From Octopus sinensis (Eukaryota): a stretch of 64,000 nucleotides of DNA. The DNA is taken from the NCBI RefSeq assembly GCF_006345805.1, contig NC_042997.1, positions 209,188,001 through 209,252,000 on the forward strand, read 5' to 3'. The notes beneath the pieces were generated by a model. That model worked only from the letters and a program-made list of their open reading frames with translations. It was not told the origin of the DNA and did not search any database. The number at the start of each line of letters is the position of its first letter. Position 1 is the first letter of the stretch. Positions 24,836 to 37,293 of this stretch are shown in pieces. Made by a program: the position numbers and the translations under genes.

Positions 24836-25140
24836 CAGGCACAGGAGTGGCTGTGTGGTAAGTAGCTTGCTAACCAACCACATGGTTCCAGGTTCAGTCC
24901 TAGCCTTGGGCTGACCAAAGCCTTGTGAGTGGATTTGGTAGATGGAAACTGAAAGAAGCCCATCGTATATATGTATGTATATATATATGATCATGTGTCT
25001 GTGCTTGTCCCTTCACCATCACTTGACAACCAATGTTGGCTTGTTTACATCCCTGTAACTTAGTGGTTCAGCAAAAGAGATTGATAGAATAAGTACTAGG
25101 CTTACAAAGAGAAAGTCCTGGGGTCAATTTGTTCGACTAA
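24836..25140 (+). mobile_element. Family A SINE with internal deletion
   Basis: GGCACAGGAGTGGCTGTGTGG head; core deleted between GGTTCAGTCC and TAGCC. Confidence 0.8.
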
Positions 25141-25534
25141 AAGTGGACATAAACACACCAGCATCAGTTGTCAAGCAATGTTGGAGGGACAAACACACAC
25201 ACACACAAAACATATATACACACACACACACACGTATATATATATATATATATATATTCATTGCTCACACGTGACCATCATCCATCTTTCTTTTCCTGCA
25301 CAGACATTCGAAGGACTGGATGTTTTTCTTTCTCTCTCTTCTATATTTTCTCTTTTCAAAGAAAATATTTCTCCCAGCATTCACAATTTTCCTCTCATTC
25401 CGGTCTAAACCTGCCCCCCCCCCCCATGTTTGTTCCCATTCAGTTTTCTTGCATGTCTCAACTGTCCAGTTTTTGTTCCCAACTTTGACCCTCCATAAAC
25501 CCTAAATTTTATTTTAGAATTTATGGGAGCAACT

Positions 25535-25740
25535 GTCTTTGAAGACTCATATTATCATTGAATGCCCAAGATGAGGAGTAGAAAGACAGCCAACACCTGA
25601 TGAAGGGTCCTCTCCCTCTGTTTATTTCTCCTGTTTTCCATTTATTTTCTTTCTCTCGTTTGTGTATTTAACTCATTTGTTTTTGTATTTCATGTTGTTT
25701 ACACAGTTGGTCCATACTGTACCCATATATGCATGTATAT
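25535..25740 (+). mobile_element. Unclassified ~200-bp repeat family G beside (TA)n
   Basis: Matches the reverse complement of 42262-42450 (GACTCATATT..GAGGAGTAGA..CTGATGAAGGGTC..TTTACACAGTTGG). Confidence 0.65.
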
Positions 25741-25754
25741 ATATATATATATAC

Positions 25755-25960
25755 ACTCTTTTACTTGTTTCAGTCATCTGATTGCGGCCATGCTGGAGCA
25801 CCGCCTTTAGTCGAGCAAATTGACCCTGGGACTTATTTTTTGTAAGCCCAGTACTTATTCTATCGGTTCCTTTTACCAAACCGTTAAATGATGGGAGCAT
25901 AAACACACCAGCATCAGTTGTCAAGCAATGCTAGGGAGAGAAACACAGACACACAAACAT

Positions 25961-26045
<85 letters not shown>

Positions 26046-26210
26046 TACAATAGGCTTCTATCAGTTTCCGTCTACCAAATCCACTCACAAGGCTTTGGTT
26101 GGCCTGAGGCTTTAGTAGAAGACACTCACCCAAGGTGCCAGGCAGTGAGACTGAACCTGGAGCCATGTGGTTGGTAAGCAAGCTACTGACCACACAGCCA
26201 TTCCTGAGCC
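25755..26210 (-). mobile_element. Family A SINE with long internal (TA)n
   Basis: Tail 25755-25810, (TA)n 25985-26038, head near 26205. Confidence 0.85.
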
Positions 26211-26514
26211 TATGTATGTTTGTATTAATAAAAACTTGTAACCAGTTCGAATATGCTTGTAACAAAGTCATTCACTGAATTTTGTCAAGGAGAAAATTTC
26301 CAATAGATATAAACAGACTGAGTCAGTTCACAGCATTCCCAAAGCAGACCGTGGAGGGTGGGGACTGGGAACTGGCTCAGCAAGAAATTTTCTTTACAGC
26401 AAAATTCAATGAATGGCCTTTATATGGATTCAAATGTGTCTCAAGCATATTTGAACTATTAACAAGTTTGTATTTATAGACATCACCCTGTGTGTGTGTG
26501 TGTGTGTGTGTGTA

Positions 26515-26852
26515 TACAGGGTTTGGGCAAAATAATGGAAACACCTAGCCTCATAATTTTGAAATATCTATAAAACCATCAAAAGCTTGTTTATTTTTAT
26601 GTCTTTGGATTTATTATTAGTGTTGCTTAATATGTTTTGCTAAAATTGCTGTTTCTTTTCAGATATCATCAGAAAAAGGTAATTAAAATTCATTAAAATG
26701 AAAGATCTATTGGACTTTCAAAGAGGTCAAATTGTTGGTGCTCGTATGGCAGGTGCTAGCATAACGAAAACAGTCGAAATGTTTGGTGTATCAAGAAGTA
26801 CTGTCTTGAAAATAATGACTGCTTTTGAGAAAGAGGGAAAAACCTCTTCCTC
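26515..26852 (+). mobile_element. Tc1-family element, 5' end and N-terminal HTH
   Basis: TA-CAGGGTTTGGGCAAAATAATGGAAACACC terminus; 26698 ORF MKDLLDFQRGQIVGARMAGASITKTVEMFGVSRSTVLKIMTAFEKEGKTSS is a Tc1 paired-like HTH; cut by a family B insertion. Confidence 0.85.
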
Positions 26853-27112
26853 CTCATCATCATCATCGTTTAACATCTGCCTTCCATGCTGGCATGGGTT
26901 GGATGGTCTGACTGGGGACTGGCAAACCAGTAGGCCACACCAGCTTCCAATCTGACCTGGCAAAGTTTCTACAGCTTGGTGCCCTTCCTAACGCCAACCA
27001 CTCCGAGAGTGTAGTGGGTGCTTTTTACGTGCCACCAGCACGAGGGCCAGTTAGGTGGTACTGGCATCGACCACACTCAAATGGTGCTTTTTATGTGCTA
27101 CCAACACAGGAA
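26853..27112 (-). mobile_element. Family B copy inserted in the Tc1 fragment
   Basis: (CAT)n + TTCCATGCTGGCATGGGTTGG... Confidence 0.8.
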
Positions 27113-27182
27113 CCAGATTTTTACTGTAGCATTGTTTGCAACCAGCAACTGTTACAAAATATATATATATGTGTGTATGTGT

Positions 27183-27392
27183 GTGAAGGGGTGCCAAAAG
27201 TTCCTGGCTTTAAGGATATAGCAAAAGGCCTGGTTAGAGGCCCAGCCTTCCAAGTTGTTTTACAGGGCTTGGAGAAACTGAAGGACCGCTGCAATAAGTG
27301 TGTGAAACTGAGAGACAAATACATTGGATAAAATCATAACTGATCCTCCTGTATTTTCTTTTACCCAGAGCCAGGAACTTTTCAACACCTCC

Positions 27393-27396
<4 letters not shown>
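27183..27396 (+). mobile_element. mariner-derived MITE
   Basis: TIRs GAAGGGGTGCCAAAAGTTCCTGGCT / AGCCAGGAACTTTTCAACACCTCC; interior reads GLEKLKDRCNKCVKLRDKYIG*, like a mariner C-terminus. Confidence 0.75.
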
Positions 27397-27433
<37 letters not shown>

Positions 27434-27436
<3 letters not shown>

Positions 27437-28015
27437 AAGAGGAAGTCAAAAATGATCTTCACTTTCACCATAACATATCTTTATTACTACCACACTGCCT
27501 TCTGCACATGCATGCTTATAGTTGGCACTATTTTGGTTACGTGATCGAAGTTTGAGCCTGACCATTTGACCTTCTGGTGTTACAGTGTAAGCATGGCCAC
27601 TCCACTAGCCATGTGCACCAAAGCACAAAGAGCCGTGACCTGATTTCTCTGGTCACAAAGTGTGTCAGGTGCTGAAATTCATCCACGATGAGCTTGGCTT
27701 CCATGAAGTCTGAGCAAGATGAGTACCAAGAGGTCTTGAGGTCTGCCAATGGTTACTCCATCACTACAACAATGAGGGCAAGGAATTTTTGAGCAGAATA
27801 GTCACAGGAGATGAAATGTGGGTCCATCATTATGGGGCAGAATCCAAAAGAGAGAGTATGGAGTGGAAACATCCTGGCTTGCCAGCGATGAAGAAATTCA
27901 AGACTTAGTCTTCCACAGCAAAGGTAATGCTAACCCTTTTTTGGAATTCAAAAGCGCCTATACTAGAAGGCTTACCGGGGAAAAGGGTGTGTGCAATCAA
28001 CAGTGCAAGATACAG
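27434..28015 (+). mobile_element. mariner (DD34D-type) transposase pseudogene, internally deleted
   Basis: HDELGFHEV*AR*VPR (WVPR motif), FLSRIVTGDEMWVHHY (27786-27833), ESKRESMEWKHPG, KVMLTLFW, INSARY. Confidence 0.9.
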
Positions 28016-28599
28016 TGTGCCCTACACATAATAATCAAGTGGGTTGCAGTGTGGGGAGTGAGGTGGACAGATATTAGGGGTGATGTGGTCGCAGAAATTG
28101 TCTGACAGCCATGACTGGGTTCTCCTGCTTATGCGGCATGGTGCAGAGTCCTGTTGCCAGACACAGGGTCTTCCAGCAGCCACTCTTTTGACTCAGGGTA
28201 GCACTACCTCCTCCAGACACTTGGCGTAGGTCTTTGTGTTGACCGTGAGGCCATGTGGGAAGATGAATGGAGGCATAATGTCACCATCACTAGTGATCAC
28301 TCCAAACACCATGATGTTGACTGGATGTTTGATTTTTACCACTCTTGGTACATGTCCTCAGATTGACACCCAAACACTCTGAAATGTTCGTATTGGAGCT
28401 TTCAGTGTAAATAGCAAACAGTACAGTATGTCATTTCCAAATTTCTGGCAGAGTGAATTATATCATGGTGCTGTTTTTCTCACAGACGGTGCCTAACTGA
28501 CCCTACTATACTGTGTAGCTGACAAAATCAAAAACAAACAATGTGCATGCACAAAATTAAAGATATATAACGGCGACAATTTACCCATCACACTCTGTG
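28016..28599 (-). mobile_element. maT / DD37D transposase pseudogene fragment with one terminus
   Basis: KHPVNIMVFGVITSDG...WQQDSAPC...SPHCNPLDYYV; catalytic D codons at 28148-28150 and 28034-28036 are 37 residues apart; terminus CAGAGTGTGATGGG next to TA. Confidence 0.9.
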
Positions 28600-28604
28600 T
28601 ATAT

Positions 28605-28910
28605 ATGTATCCGTTTCGTGTCCGTTGCCAGCCTCGCCTGGCCCTCGTGCCGGTGGCACATAAAAAGCACCATCCGTTCGTGGCCGTTTGCCAGCTCTGT
28701 CTGGCACCAGTGCGGGTGGCACGTAAAAAGCACCCACTACACTCACGGAGTGGTTGGCGTTAGGAAGGGCATCCAGCCGTAGAAACACTGCCAGATTTGA
28801 CTGGGCCTGATGAAGCCTTCTGGCTTCACAGACCCCAGTAGAACCGTCCAACCCATGCTAGCATGGAAAACGGACGCTAAATGATGATGATGATGATGAT
28901 GATGATGATG
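28605..28910 (+). mobile_element. Young family B copy (CpGs intact)
   Basis: GGCGTTAGGAAGGGCATCCAGCCGTAGAAAC...CGGACGCTAAATGATGATG. Confidence 0.85.
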
Positions 28911-28914
28911 TATA

Positions 28915-29225
28915 TACATATCACCATGATCACCGTGACTGACCAGGCTATCAGATGTTGCTACACATCGCTGGTCACAATGCGCTTCGCATTGTTTTAG
29001 CCTTCGAATGACACCACCCCGCTGGCTAAGCGAGCAGGCCAACAGAAGAAAGAGTGAGAGAAAGTTGTGGCGAAAGAGTACAGCAGGGATCTTCACCATC
29101 CCCGGCCGGAGCCTCATGGAGCTTTTAGGTGTTTCCGCTCAATAAACACTCACAACGCCCGGTCGAAACCGTGATCCTACGACCGCGAGTCCGCTACCCT
29201 AACAACTGGGCCATTGCGCCTCCAC
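28915..29225 (-). mobile_element. tRNA-derived SINE family I
   Basis: Head GGAGGCGCAATGGCCCAGTTGTTAGGG; body matches 58201-58390 but the 3' tail differs. Confidence 0.75.
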
Positions 29226-29245
29226 ATATATACATATATACACCA

Positions 29246-29281
<36 letters not shown>

Positions 29282-29868
29282 ATATACATATACAAACATA
29301 TTTATGTGCATATATATACATATATAAGGATTCGTGTGTGTGTGTACAGGGCTTCAAGGTTAACACACAATAACATGACTATTTGCATAAAAATAATAAC
29401 GTGTGTGAAAAAACACACTTCACTCTTTTATTCAAAATCAGAAAACAATGGAACCAAAATAACCACTGAGTCCTTCATTGATATTTTCCTGTTGCATTCT
29501 TTCCTGGGAAACTTTTTTTCCCTGGAATTCCTTGGACATCAAATTTGATATTTTCCTTTTTTTTCTTAAGTCAAAAGGCATTTAATATGATTTAATTTTG
29601 CTTAAAACAACTCCCACAAAAATTAGGCATGAACACCACTACTTCACACACTTCAAAAAATGCTCTATTTTAATTCTTTTATTTGTTTGTCATTTGATTG
29701 TGGCCATGCTGGAGCAACACATTCAGTCGAACAAATCAACCCAAGGACTTATTCTTTGTAAGCCTAGTATTTATTCTATCAGTCTCTTTTGCAGAACCGC
29801 TAAGTTATGGGATGCAAACACACCAGTGGTTGGGGCAAACACAGACACAAACATAGATACACTAACAT

Positions 29869-29901
<33 letters not shown>

Positions 29902-29904
29902 AGT

Positions 29905-29954
<50 letters not shown>

Positions 29955-29956
<2 letters not shown>

Positions 29957-30345
29957 CGCAGGAGTGGCTGTGTGGTTAGTAGCTTGTTTACCAACCACAT
30001 GGTTCTGGGTTCAGTCCCTCTGCATGGCACCTTGGGCAAGTGTCTTCTACTATAGCCTCGGGCCGACCAAAGCCTTGTGAGTGGATTTGGTAGACGGAAA
30101 CTGAAACAAGCCCGTCGTATATATGTATATATATGTATGTGTGTGTTTGTGTGTCTGTGTTTGTCCCCCTAGCATTGCTTGACAACCGATGCTGGTGTGT
30201 GTTTGTCCCCGTTACTTAGCGGTTCGGCAAAAGAGACCGATAGAATAAGTACTGGGCTTACAAAAGAAGTCCTGGGGTCGAGTTGCTCGATTAAAGGCGG
30301 TGCTCCAGCATGGCCACAGTCAAATGACTGAAACAAGTAAAAGAG
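29955..30345 (+). mobile_element. Young full-length family A SINE
   Basis: GGCGCAGGAGTGGCTGTGTGG...GGCGGTGCTCCAGCATGGCCACAGTCAAATGACTGAAACAAGTAAAAGA; most CpGs retained. Confidence 0.9.
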
Positions 30346-30396
30346 TAAAAGAGTATATATAAGTAAAAATGGATTTGTATGATTGTGTATAGAGGG

Positions 30397-30586
30397 ATAT
30401 ATATTATTCAAAGGAATTCCAACTCTGTCTGTTTTTTGTTCTATTTATATTCTTTATAATATTAATGTAGAATATAGAATATATAGTATAAATAATATAT
30501 ATTCTATATTCTACATTAATATTATAAAGAATATAAATAAAACAAAAAAAACAGACAGAGTTGGAATTCCTTTGAATAATATATAT
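30397..30586. repeat. Near-perfect AT-rich palindrome (~89-bp arms, 10-nt spacer)
   Basis: ATTATTCAAAGGAATTCCAACTCTGTCTG... versus ...CAGACAGAGTTGGAATTCCTTTGAATAAT; about 1 mismatch and 1 indel. Confidence 0.9.
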
Positions 30587-31559
30587 ATATATGTATACAT
30601 ATATATCATCATCATCATCATCATCATTGTTTAACGTCCGCTTTCCATGCTAGCATGGGTTGGACGGTTCAACTGGGGTCTGGGGAGCCCGAAGGCTGCA
30701 CCAGGCCAGTCAGATCTGGCAGTGTTTCTACAGCCAGATGCCCTTCCTAACACCAACCACTCCGAGAGTGTAGTGGGTGATTTTATGTGCCACCGACACA
30801 GGTGCCAGACGAGGCTGGCGAACGGCCACGCTCGGATGGTGTTTTTTATATATATATATACGACGGGCTTCTTTCCGTTTCCATCTACCAAATCCACTCA
30901 CAAGGCTTTGGTCAGTCCGAGGCTATAGTAGAAGACACTTGCCCAAGGTGCCACTCTGTGGGAATGAACCTGGAACCATGTGGTTGGGAAGCAAGCTCCT
31001 TACCACACAGCCACCCTTGCACCTAATAATGTCTAATAAAAAAATTAGTTTCCATAACTTAATGGTACAGAGTACTCAGCTGCGGTTTGAGAGTTACTGG
31101 GTTCAATTCTCAGTAGTGGCTTGCTGGCAACTTTTAAGCATAGGTATTGAGAAGCCTGCTTCTGAACCGCAAGGTTCTGGGTTCAGTCCTAGCACGTGAC
31201 ATGTTGGGTAAGTGCCTTCTACTATAGCCTTGGGCCAACCAAAACTTTGTGAGTGGATTTGGTAGATGGAAACTGAAAGAAGCCTCTTACGTATATATAT
31301 ATATGTGTGTGTGTTTTTGTGTCTGTGTTTGCTTCCCACCAGGTGTTGGTTTGCCTATGCCCACCCCATAACTTAGTGGTTCAGCAAAACTGACCAATAA
31401 AATAATTGCCCAGTTTAAAAAAGCAGAAAAATGTACTGTGACCAGGCATTGCCCCAGCATGGCCACAGTCTAATGACTGAAACAAGCAGAGTATATAAGA
31501 AAAAAACAAGGATATAGAACAGTGAGATAAAAAAAAAATGATTTACATTGTTTTGAATT

Positions 31560-32015
31560 CATCATCATCATCATCATCGTTTAATGTCCGCCTTCCATGC
31601 TGGCATGGGTTGGACGATTTGACTGAGGGCTGGCGAACCAGATGGCTGCACCAGGTTCCAATCTTGATCTGGCAGAGTTTCTACAGCTGGATGCCCTTCC
31701 TAACGCCAACCACTCCGAGAGTGTAGTGGGTGCTTTTTACGTGCCACCGGAATGGGGGCCAGTCAGGCAATACTGGCAATGGTCTCGCTCGAATCTTCTT
31801 ACACATGCCACCGGCACAGGTGCCAGAAAGGTGACGATGGTAACGATCACACTCGAATGGCGCCTTTTATGTGCCACCAGCACGGAAGCCAGTTAGCCGC
31901 TCTGGCAACGATCATGCTCAGATGGTGCTCTTGACACCCTTCTAGTACGGGCACAAGTGCCAGTAAGGCGACGCTGGTAACGATCACACTCGAATGGCGC
32001 CTTTTATGTGCCACT
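31560..32015 (-). mobile_element. Family B copy with expanded internal repeat array
   Basis: Five to six units of ...AACGATCACACTCGAATGGCGCCTTTTATGTGCCAC... Confidence 0.8.
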
Positions 32016-33224
32016 GGCATGATTGTATATTTTTAGAATAACATTGTAGGATATATGTGAGAGGTAAGATCTGGTCAATTTGAACCTAAAGCAGAATAAT
32101 TTGACCAAATCTAGCCAGTTTGAATGCTAAAGAGTTAACACACATCTGCCATGTTTTATATCTCCAGTTATACAGTAATTTATGATTACACACACACACA
32201 CACACACTTGCAGCTGTAACTAGATAGTTGAATGACCTCCCTTGCAAGAAAGATCACAGAGTAACCTCCCTTTTCTAAGTTTCTTGAAGCATCAGTGTCA
32301 TGAGATGTGATTCTTAATTATTGAAGAAACTTGGCGTTCCTCTTGGAAGTTTCTAGAATGTCTAGCGTTCCATTAATAAAAACAGCTTGCTAACCCAGCT
32401 TTTTGCTTCTTAGTCAATTAGACTTAGAACCATTCACATCATTGATGTGTCTGTCTATTCCTGTACCACTGTGACTGAAAGCCACCACTTCACTGTTGTT
32501 CTATATTTCCTGTCTCTAAACTTTCTTGCATAGATTAATTCATTCAACGAGAGCCTATAATTTGATTTCATTTATTATCATCAATAATTAAATATATTTT
32601 CGTGTAGTAAACGTATAGATCTTGTCTTTATTCTTTCATCTCTGTATAAACCCTTGTAATAACATACACGCAGCCACATTAAACACACTGTACCAATTAT
32701 ATATTTCACTACATACTCACACACACATACATACTCACTCATACATACACACGAACAATCAAACACAAACATACTATCACATGCACACACGGTTATTAGA
32801 ACTCTAAATATTCATACCTTAGAGTAAAACATTAGGAGAGTACAGGGCATAATATTAATTAATGAATGGCAAGGAAACAGGAATTATGCAAACCAACTTT
32901 ATTAGCAGTGATCTCAGAGCTGAATGCTTGTGTAACGTACTATTGCAGAAACGCCTGTGAGTTAATGAATGTAATTATGTAACAACTGTTCTTTTATCCT
33001 TCGTTAATTGATATTGCTAAAACAGTCATGGATTTTAACTGCTTGACAACTGATGGTGTGTTTACATCCCCATGACTTAGCAGTTCAGCAAAACAGACCA
33101 ATAGGATAACTACCAGATTTTAAAAAAGAAAAAAAAGTACTAGAGTCGATTCTCCAAGGTGATGCCCCAGCATGGCCACAGTCCAATGACTGGAACAAGT
33201 AAAAGAGTAGAAGATAACTGATAA

Positions 33225-33434
33225 TCATTTCTTCTTCCTCCTCTTTTTCCTCTTCCTCTTCTTTCTCCTCTTCTTCTTCCTTTTCCTTCTCTTTTTTCTC
33301 TTCCTCTTCCTTTTCTTCTTCTTCATCCTCTTCCTCTTCTTCCTCCTCTTTTTTCTCCTCTTCCTCTCCTTCTTCCTTCTGCTCATCCTCTTCCTTTTCT
33401 TCTTCTTCATCTTTTTCCTCTTTTTCTTCCTCAA
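33225..33434. repeat. (CTT/CCT)n polypyrimidine tract
   Basis: Direct reading. Confidence 0.95.
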
Positions 33435-34029
33435 ACCAAATTACGACCCTTTTTTTTCCCCTGACCAAAATCAACTTTTCCCTCGCCAGGGAAGAGAGAG
33501 AGAACTTCTATTCCCTCCGATGGCTTTATTTTTTCACTGTGGTGAGTTTTTACTTCACAGCAACTGAATACTTTTAAATATGGAGAGAGACACAGCAACT
33601 GTGCCCGGGGGGGGGGGACTAAATTGGATAAACAGACAGACAGATAGGGAAAAATAAACACAATTATATCATTTTAGCATCAAGGAAGGTCTGGAAGCTG
33701 TAGGGGAGGGTGGGTGTATAAAGCGGGAGAGAGATAACGCATCTGAGATGCGGTGGTGGGTGGGGGTTACCGGCAAATAACAATAAAAACACTCCAACAT
33801 CCAAATATGGAACGAGGGATAAGGTTTGGAGAGAAGACGACAAAAGAGAGCAAAAGTGTTATGTTAACGAGATGATGAGATGCTGCAGCATGGCCTCACT
33901 TTACCAAAAGTGATGGATGCATTGCAACACACCCCCATCAAAATAAATGAATAAATAAATAAATTAATAATAATAATAATAATAATAATAATGATAATGT
34001 GATGGTGATGACGTTGATGGCAACAATGA

Positions 34030-34375
34030 TGCTGGTGGTGGTGGTGGTGGTGGTGGTGGTGTCAGTGGTGGTGTCGGTGTTGGTGGTGTCGGTGGTGGTG
34101 GTGGTGTCAGTGGTGGTGTCGGTGTTGGTGGTGTCGGTGGTGGTGGTGGTGTCAGTCGTAATGGTGGTGGTGTCAGTGGTGGTGGTGGTGGTGTCGGTGG
34201 TGGTGGTGGTGTCAGTCGTAATGGTGGTGGTGTCAGTGGTGGTGGTGGTGGTGTCGGTGGTGGTGGTGGTGTCAGTCGTAATGGTGGTGGTGTCAGTGGT
34301 GGTGGTGGTGGTGTCGGTGGTGGTGGTGGTGTCAGTGGTGGTGGTGGTGGTGTCGGTGTCGGTGGTGGTTGTGTT
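34030..34375. repeat. (GGT)n-derived minisatellite with an exact 60-bp unit x3
   Basis: 34141-34200, 34201-34260 and 34261-34320 are identical. Confidence 0.95.
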
Positions 34376-35373
34376 GGTGATAAGCGTTACTGCAGAGCTA
34401 AGATTTATGAAAACGGAGCTGAGCAAAAGACAAGTTGGCCTGCTCGATAATTTGTAGCAGAACTTTCCTGGAGAATCTCGCGCCATGTCAGATGTAATTT
34501 ATCATTAATGCCAGATACAGCAACCAGTCTAGTCATTATTATTGCCCAGTTTAGCTTCTTTTTATAATATTAGAAGCCATGTTGCCGGAGAAGAACAGAA
34601 GAAAGAGAGAGGGGGGGAAGAGGGAGAAAGAGAGAGGAAAGAGGGAGAGAGAGAGAGGAAAGAGGGAGAGAAAGAGAGGAAAGAGGGAGAGAGAGAGACA
34701 GTCGTGTTTTATTAGGTCGTCCACCACACATCTTCTTCCAGTTAAAACAGCAGACAAAAATATATTTTAGGATTACATATAACTGATAAGGCTTTTATTT
34801 TTTTTACCAACTTCTCTCATAATATTTCCCTCTCTTATTACAACACACACACACACACACACACGCCTCCTCCTCCTCTATTACCGACATCTGTCTACTC
34901 AATTTAGCTCAATGATAAGTGGAATCCCCAATACAGTTCATTAGGTCGGGCAGATAAAAACTTTAAAAATTCCGAAAATAAGTCAGTCACCTTATGTTTA
35001 AACTGCTGTAACCATAAACATCGCAGTTTCAAATCCCAGCTTAACCTCATTCGCCAACACGGATGAATAAAAATGGGAAGTTGATTTAATCTTTTTTTTA
35101 ACAATGTCGTCCCAAACAAGGCTTGAGACCATTTATGGTGTAAAGGAACCACAAAAGAAGGAAAAGACAGAACCTAACAATTCCAAAGATGTCAATTGAC
35201 GGAAAGTTTTAAAGGTTTTGAATATCAGTGACCAGAGGGAAAGAAGATGACGGAAGTGCCAAACCACTAAGTTATGGGAACATAAACACGTCAATACCAG
35301 TTGTCAAGTGGGGGGGTGACAAACACAGACACAAAGACGCACAGACATGCAGGCATACATGTATGTATGTGAT

Positions 35374-35603
35374 TTAACCCTTTAGTGTTCACATTATTCT
35401 GCCAAAATTAATCCTTTTTTTATCCACATTGTTTTGAACTAATCATGCATTATCTTGTAGCTATGAGATTTTGATGAGGTAGCTGTTAATTTTTAAAACA
35501 ATATTGTAGGGTTGGTGTGAGAGACCAGATCTGGCCAGTTTGAACATAAAACAGGCAGAATACTTTTGGCTGGATATGGCCGGTTTAAATGCTAACGGGT
35601 TAA
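35374..35603 (+). mobile_element. piggyBac-like MITE, second family
   Basis: TTAACCCTTTAG...CTAACGGGTTAA; matches 15463-15691. Confidence 0.8.
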
Positions 35604-35955
35604 GGACTGTGTCAAGTCCTCATTAAAGGCCCCTGATATGCAGGAGATTGACTGGGAGAGCGATGCCTGTTTTTGCCACAGATGGAGGAAGCAGGTTAAG
35701 GAAGGGGTCGACACTTATGAGAGAGTACGTGTTCTGCATGAAGAACTTGAGTGTGCTGCTCAAAAGTGCACAGCTGGGGTAGTGAATGGGTAAAGCTAGG
35801 TTTGCAATGTTTGTAGTCGTGTATGCTTGTCAAGAGCAGGGCTCATTAGCAACCAACAGAGCCACAAATGCGAAATATAAGTTAGTCCTAGAGCGCACAA
35901 TGTTCCTGAAGGTCAGCAATGGTCTTCCTCGGTCACCAGTGGACGGCCATCATGT
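35602..35955 (+). mobile_element. RTE-clade LINE 3' end with C2H2-like knuckle
   Basis: KDCVKSSLK..IDWESDA...RWRKQVKEG...VCNVCSRVCLSRAGLISNQQSH* (stop 35878-35880), then a short 3' UTR. Confidence 0.8.
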
Positions 35956-37293
35956 ATTTATGTATACATCTAGCAAGCTTCTTTCAGTTTCTGTCTACCA
36001 AATCCACTCACAAGGATTTGGTCAGTCCAAGGTTACAACAGATGCTCACCCAAAATGGCAAACAGTGGGACTTAATCTGGAACCGTGTAATTATTGAAAA
36101 ATACGATTTAAATTTAAAATTAATCAACACAGTATTCTTTTTTTTTTTGTTTCAGTCAATTGACTGCAGCCATGCTGGAGCACCACCTTTAGTCAAACAA
36201 ATCGACCCCAGGACTTATTCTTTGTAAGCCTAGTACTTATTCTATCGGTCTCTTTTTGCCAAAACGTTAAGTTACGGGGACGTAAACACACCAGCATCGG
36301 TTGTCAAGCGATGTTGGGGAGGATAAACACAGACACACAAACACACACATATACATATGACGGGCTTCTTTCAGTTTCTGTCTGCCAAATTCACTCACAA
36401 GGCTTTGGTCGGCCCGTGAAACTTCTCAATTCAAATCCATAACTTCCAGAATTTCAATTGAAAAGTTATTAATTTTATTTAAATTTTAAAATTAAAAATA
36501 ATAATTAATTTGACAAGTTAGGCATAAATCCTCTTATATGCTTAACTTGTTGAGTTAATTGCAATCCTAAAATGTTAAAATTCAAATAATATTTTTTAAT
36601 AACAGTTGATGGACGATTTTAGTTTAAACTATTCAACATTATCTTTCGCATCCCTCCCTCTCTCTCCAATATTTTTATTCAACTGGTAAGGACATACATT
36701 GATGCTGTTCAATTTTGCAAAATATAACATCCACCTTTTTCAACCATTAAATTAAAGTGCACACACACACACACACACACAAATATACATATATCAAATA
36801 CCATACAACAGAAATTCTATATTTTTTTTAATTATTTCCATCTGCAGAGGATGTGTCATAATTAATAAAAGTAATTAAGACTAGGTCCACTTGAGAGATA
36901 ATCTCAACATCTTTAAGAAGTTCTCCAAAACTGACATGCCATGAAAAAGAAAAAAAAGGACAAGCTTATTGTCCGGAGATAAAAGGGTCAGTTGTGGACA
37001 AGATGAGTTTCTGCCTTAATAGTAATCATCAGGAGAACTGCCTGACCTTTTATAGCCAAAGGACTTAAGACATATACAATAAGAGTGTGTGTGTGTGTGT
37101 GTGTGTATGGGGGTATATATATATGTATATATATATATATATATACATGGACGGGTGTATATACATATATATATATGGGGGTGTATATATATTTATATAT
37201 CGAGAGAGAATTCATGATAAAAACAAAAGACGAAGACAGGTGGTGTAGAAAACAAACAGATGTATTAGTATAATGCTCAGGAATAGAAAAAGT

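Noticed and set aside
31720-32015. CRISPR-like regularly spaced repeats
   Set aside because: The intervening sequences are themselves homologous, there are no cas genes, and the context is a eukaryotic repeat
33085-33474. Poly-Glu / poly-Lys-Arg ORFs
   Set aside because: Translation of a (CTT/CCT)n tract; no flanking coding signal
33700-33800. TATAAAG plus GATA and palindrome as a core promoter
   Set aside because: Short motifs with no linked exon; cannot be supported from sequence alone
33938-34486. 182-aa Thr/Asp mucin-like ORF
   Set aside because: Arises from the (GGT)n minisatellite; no signal peptide or splice evidence; kept only as a low-interest repeat finding
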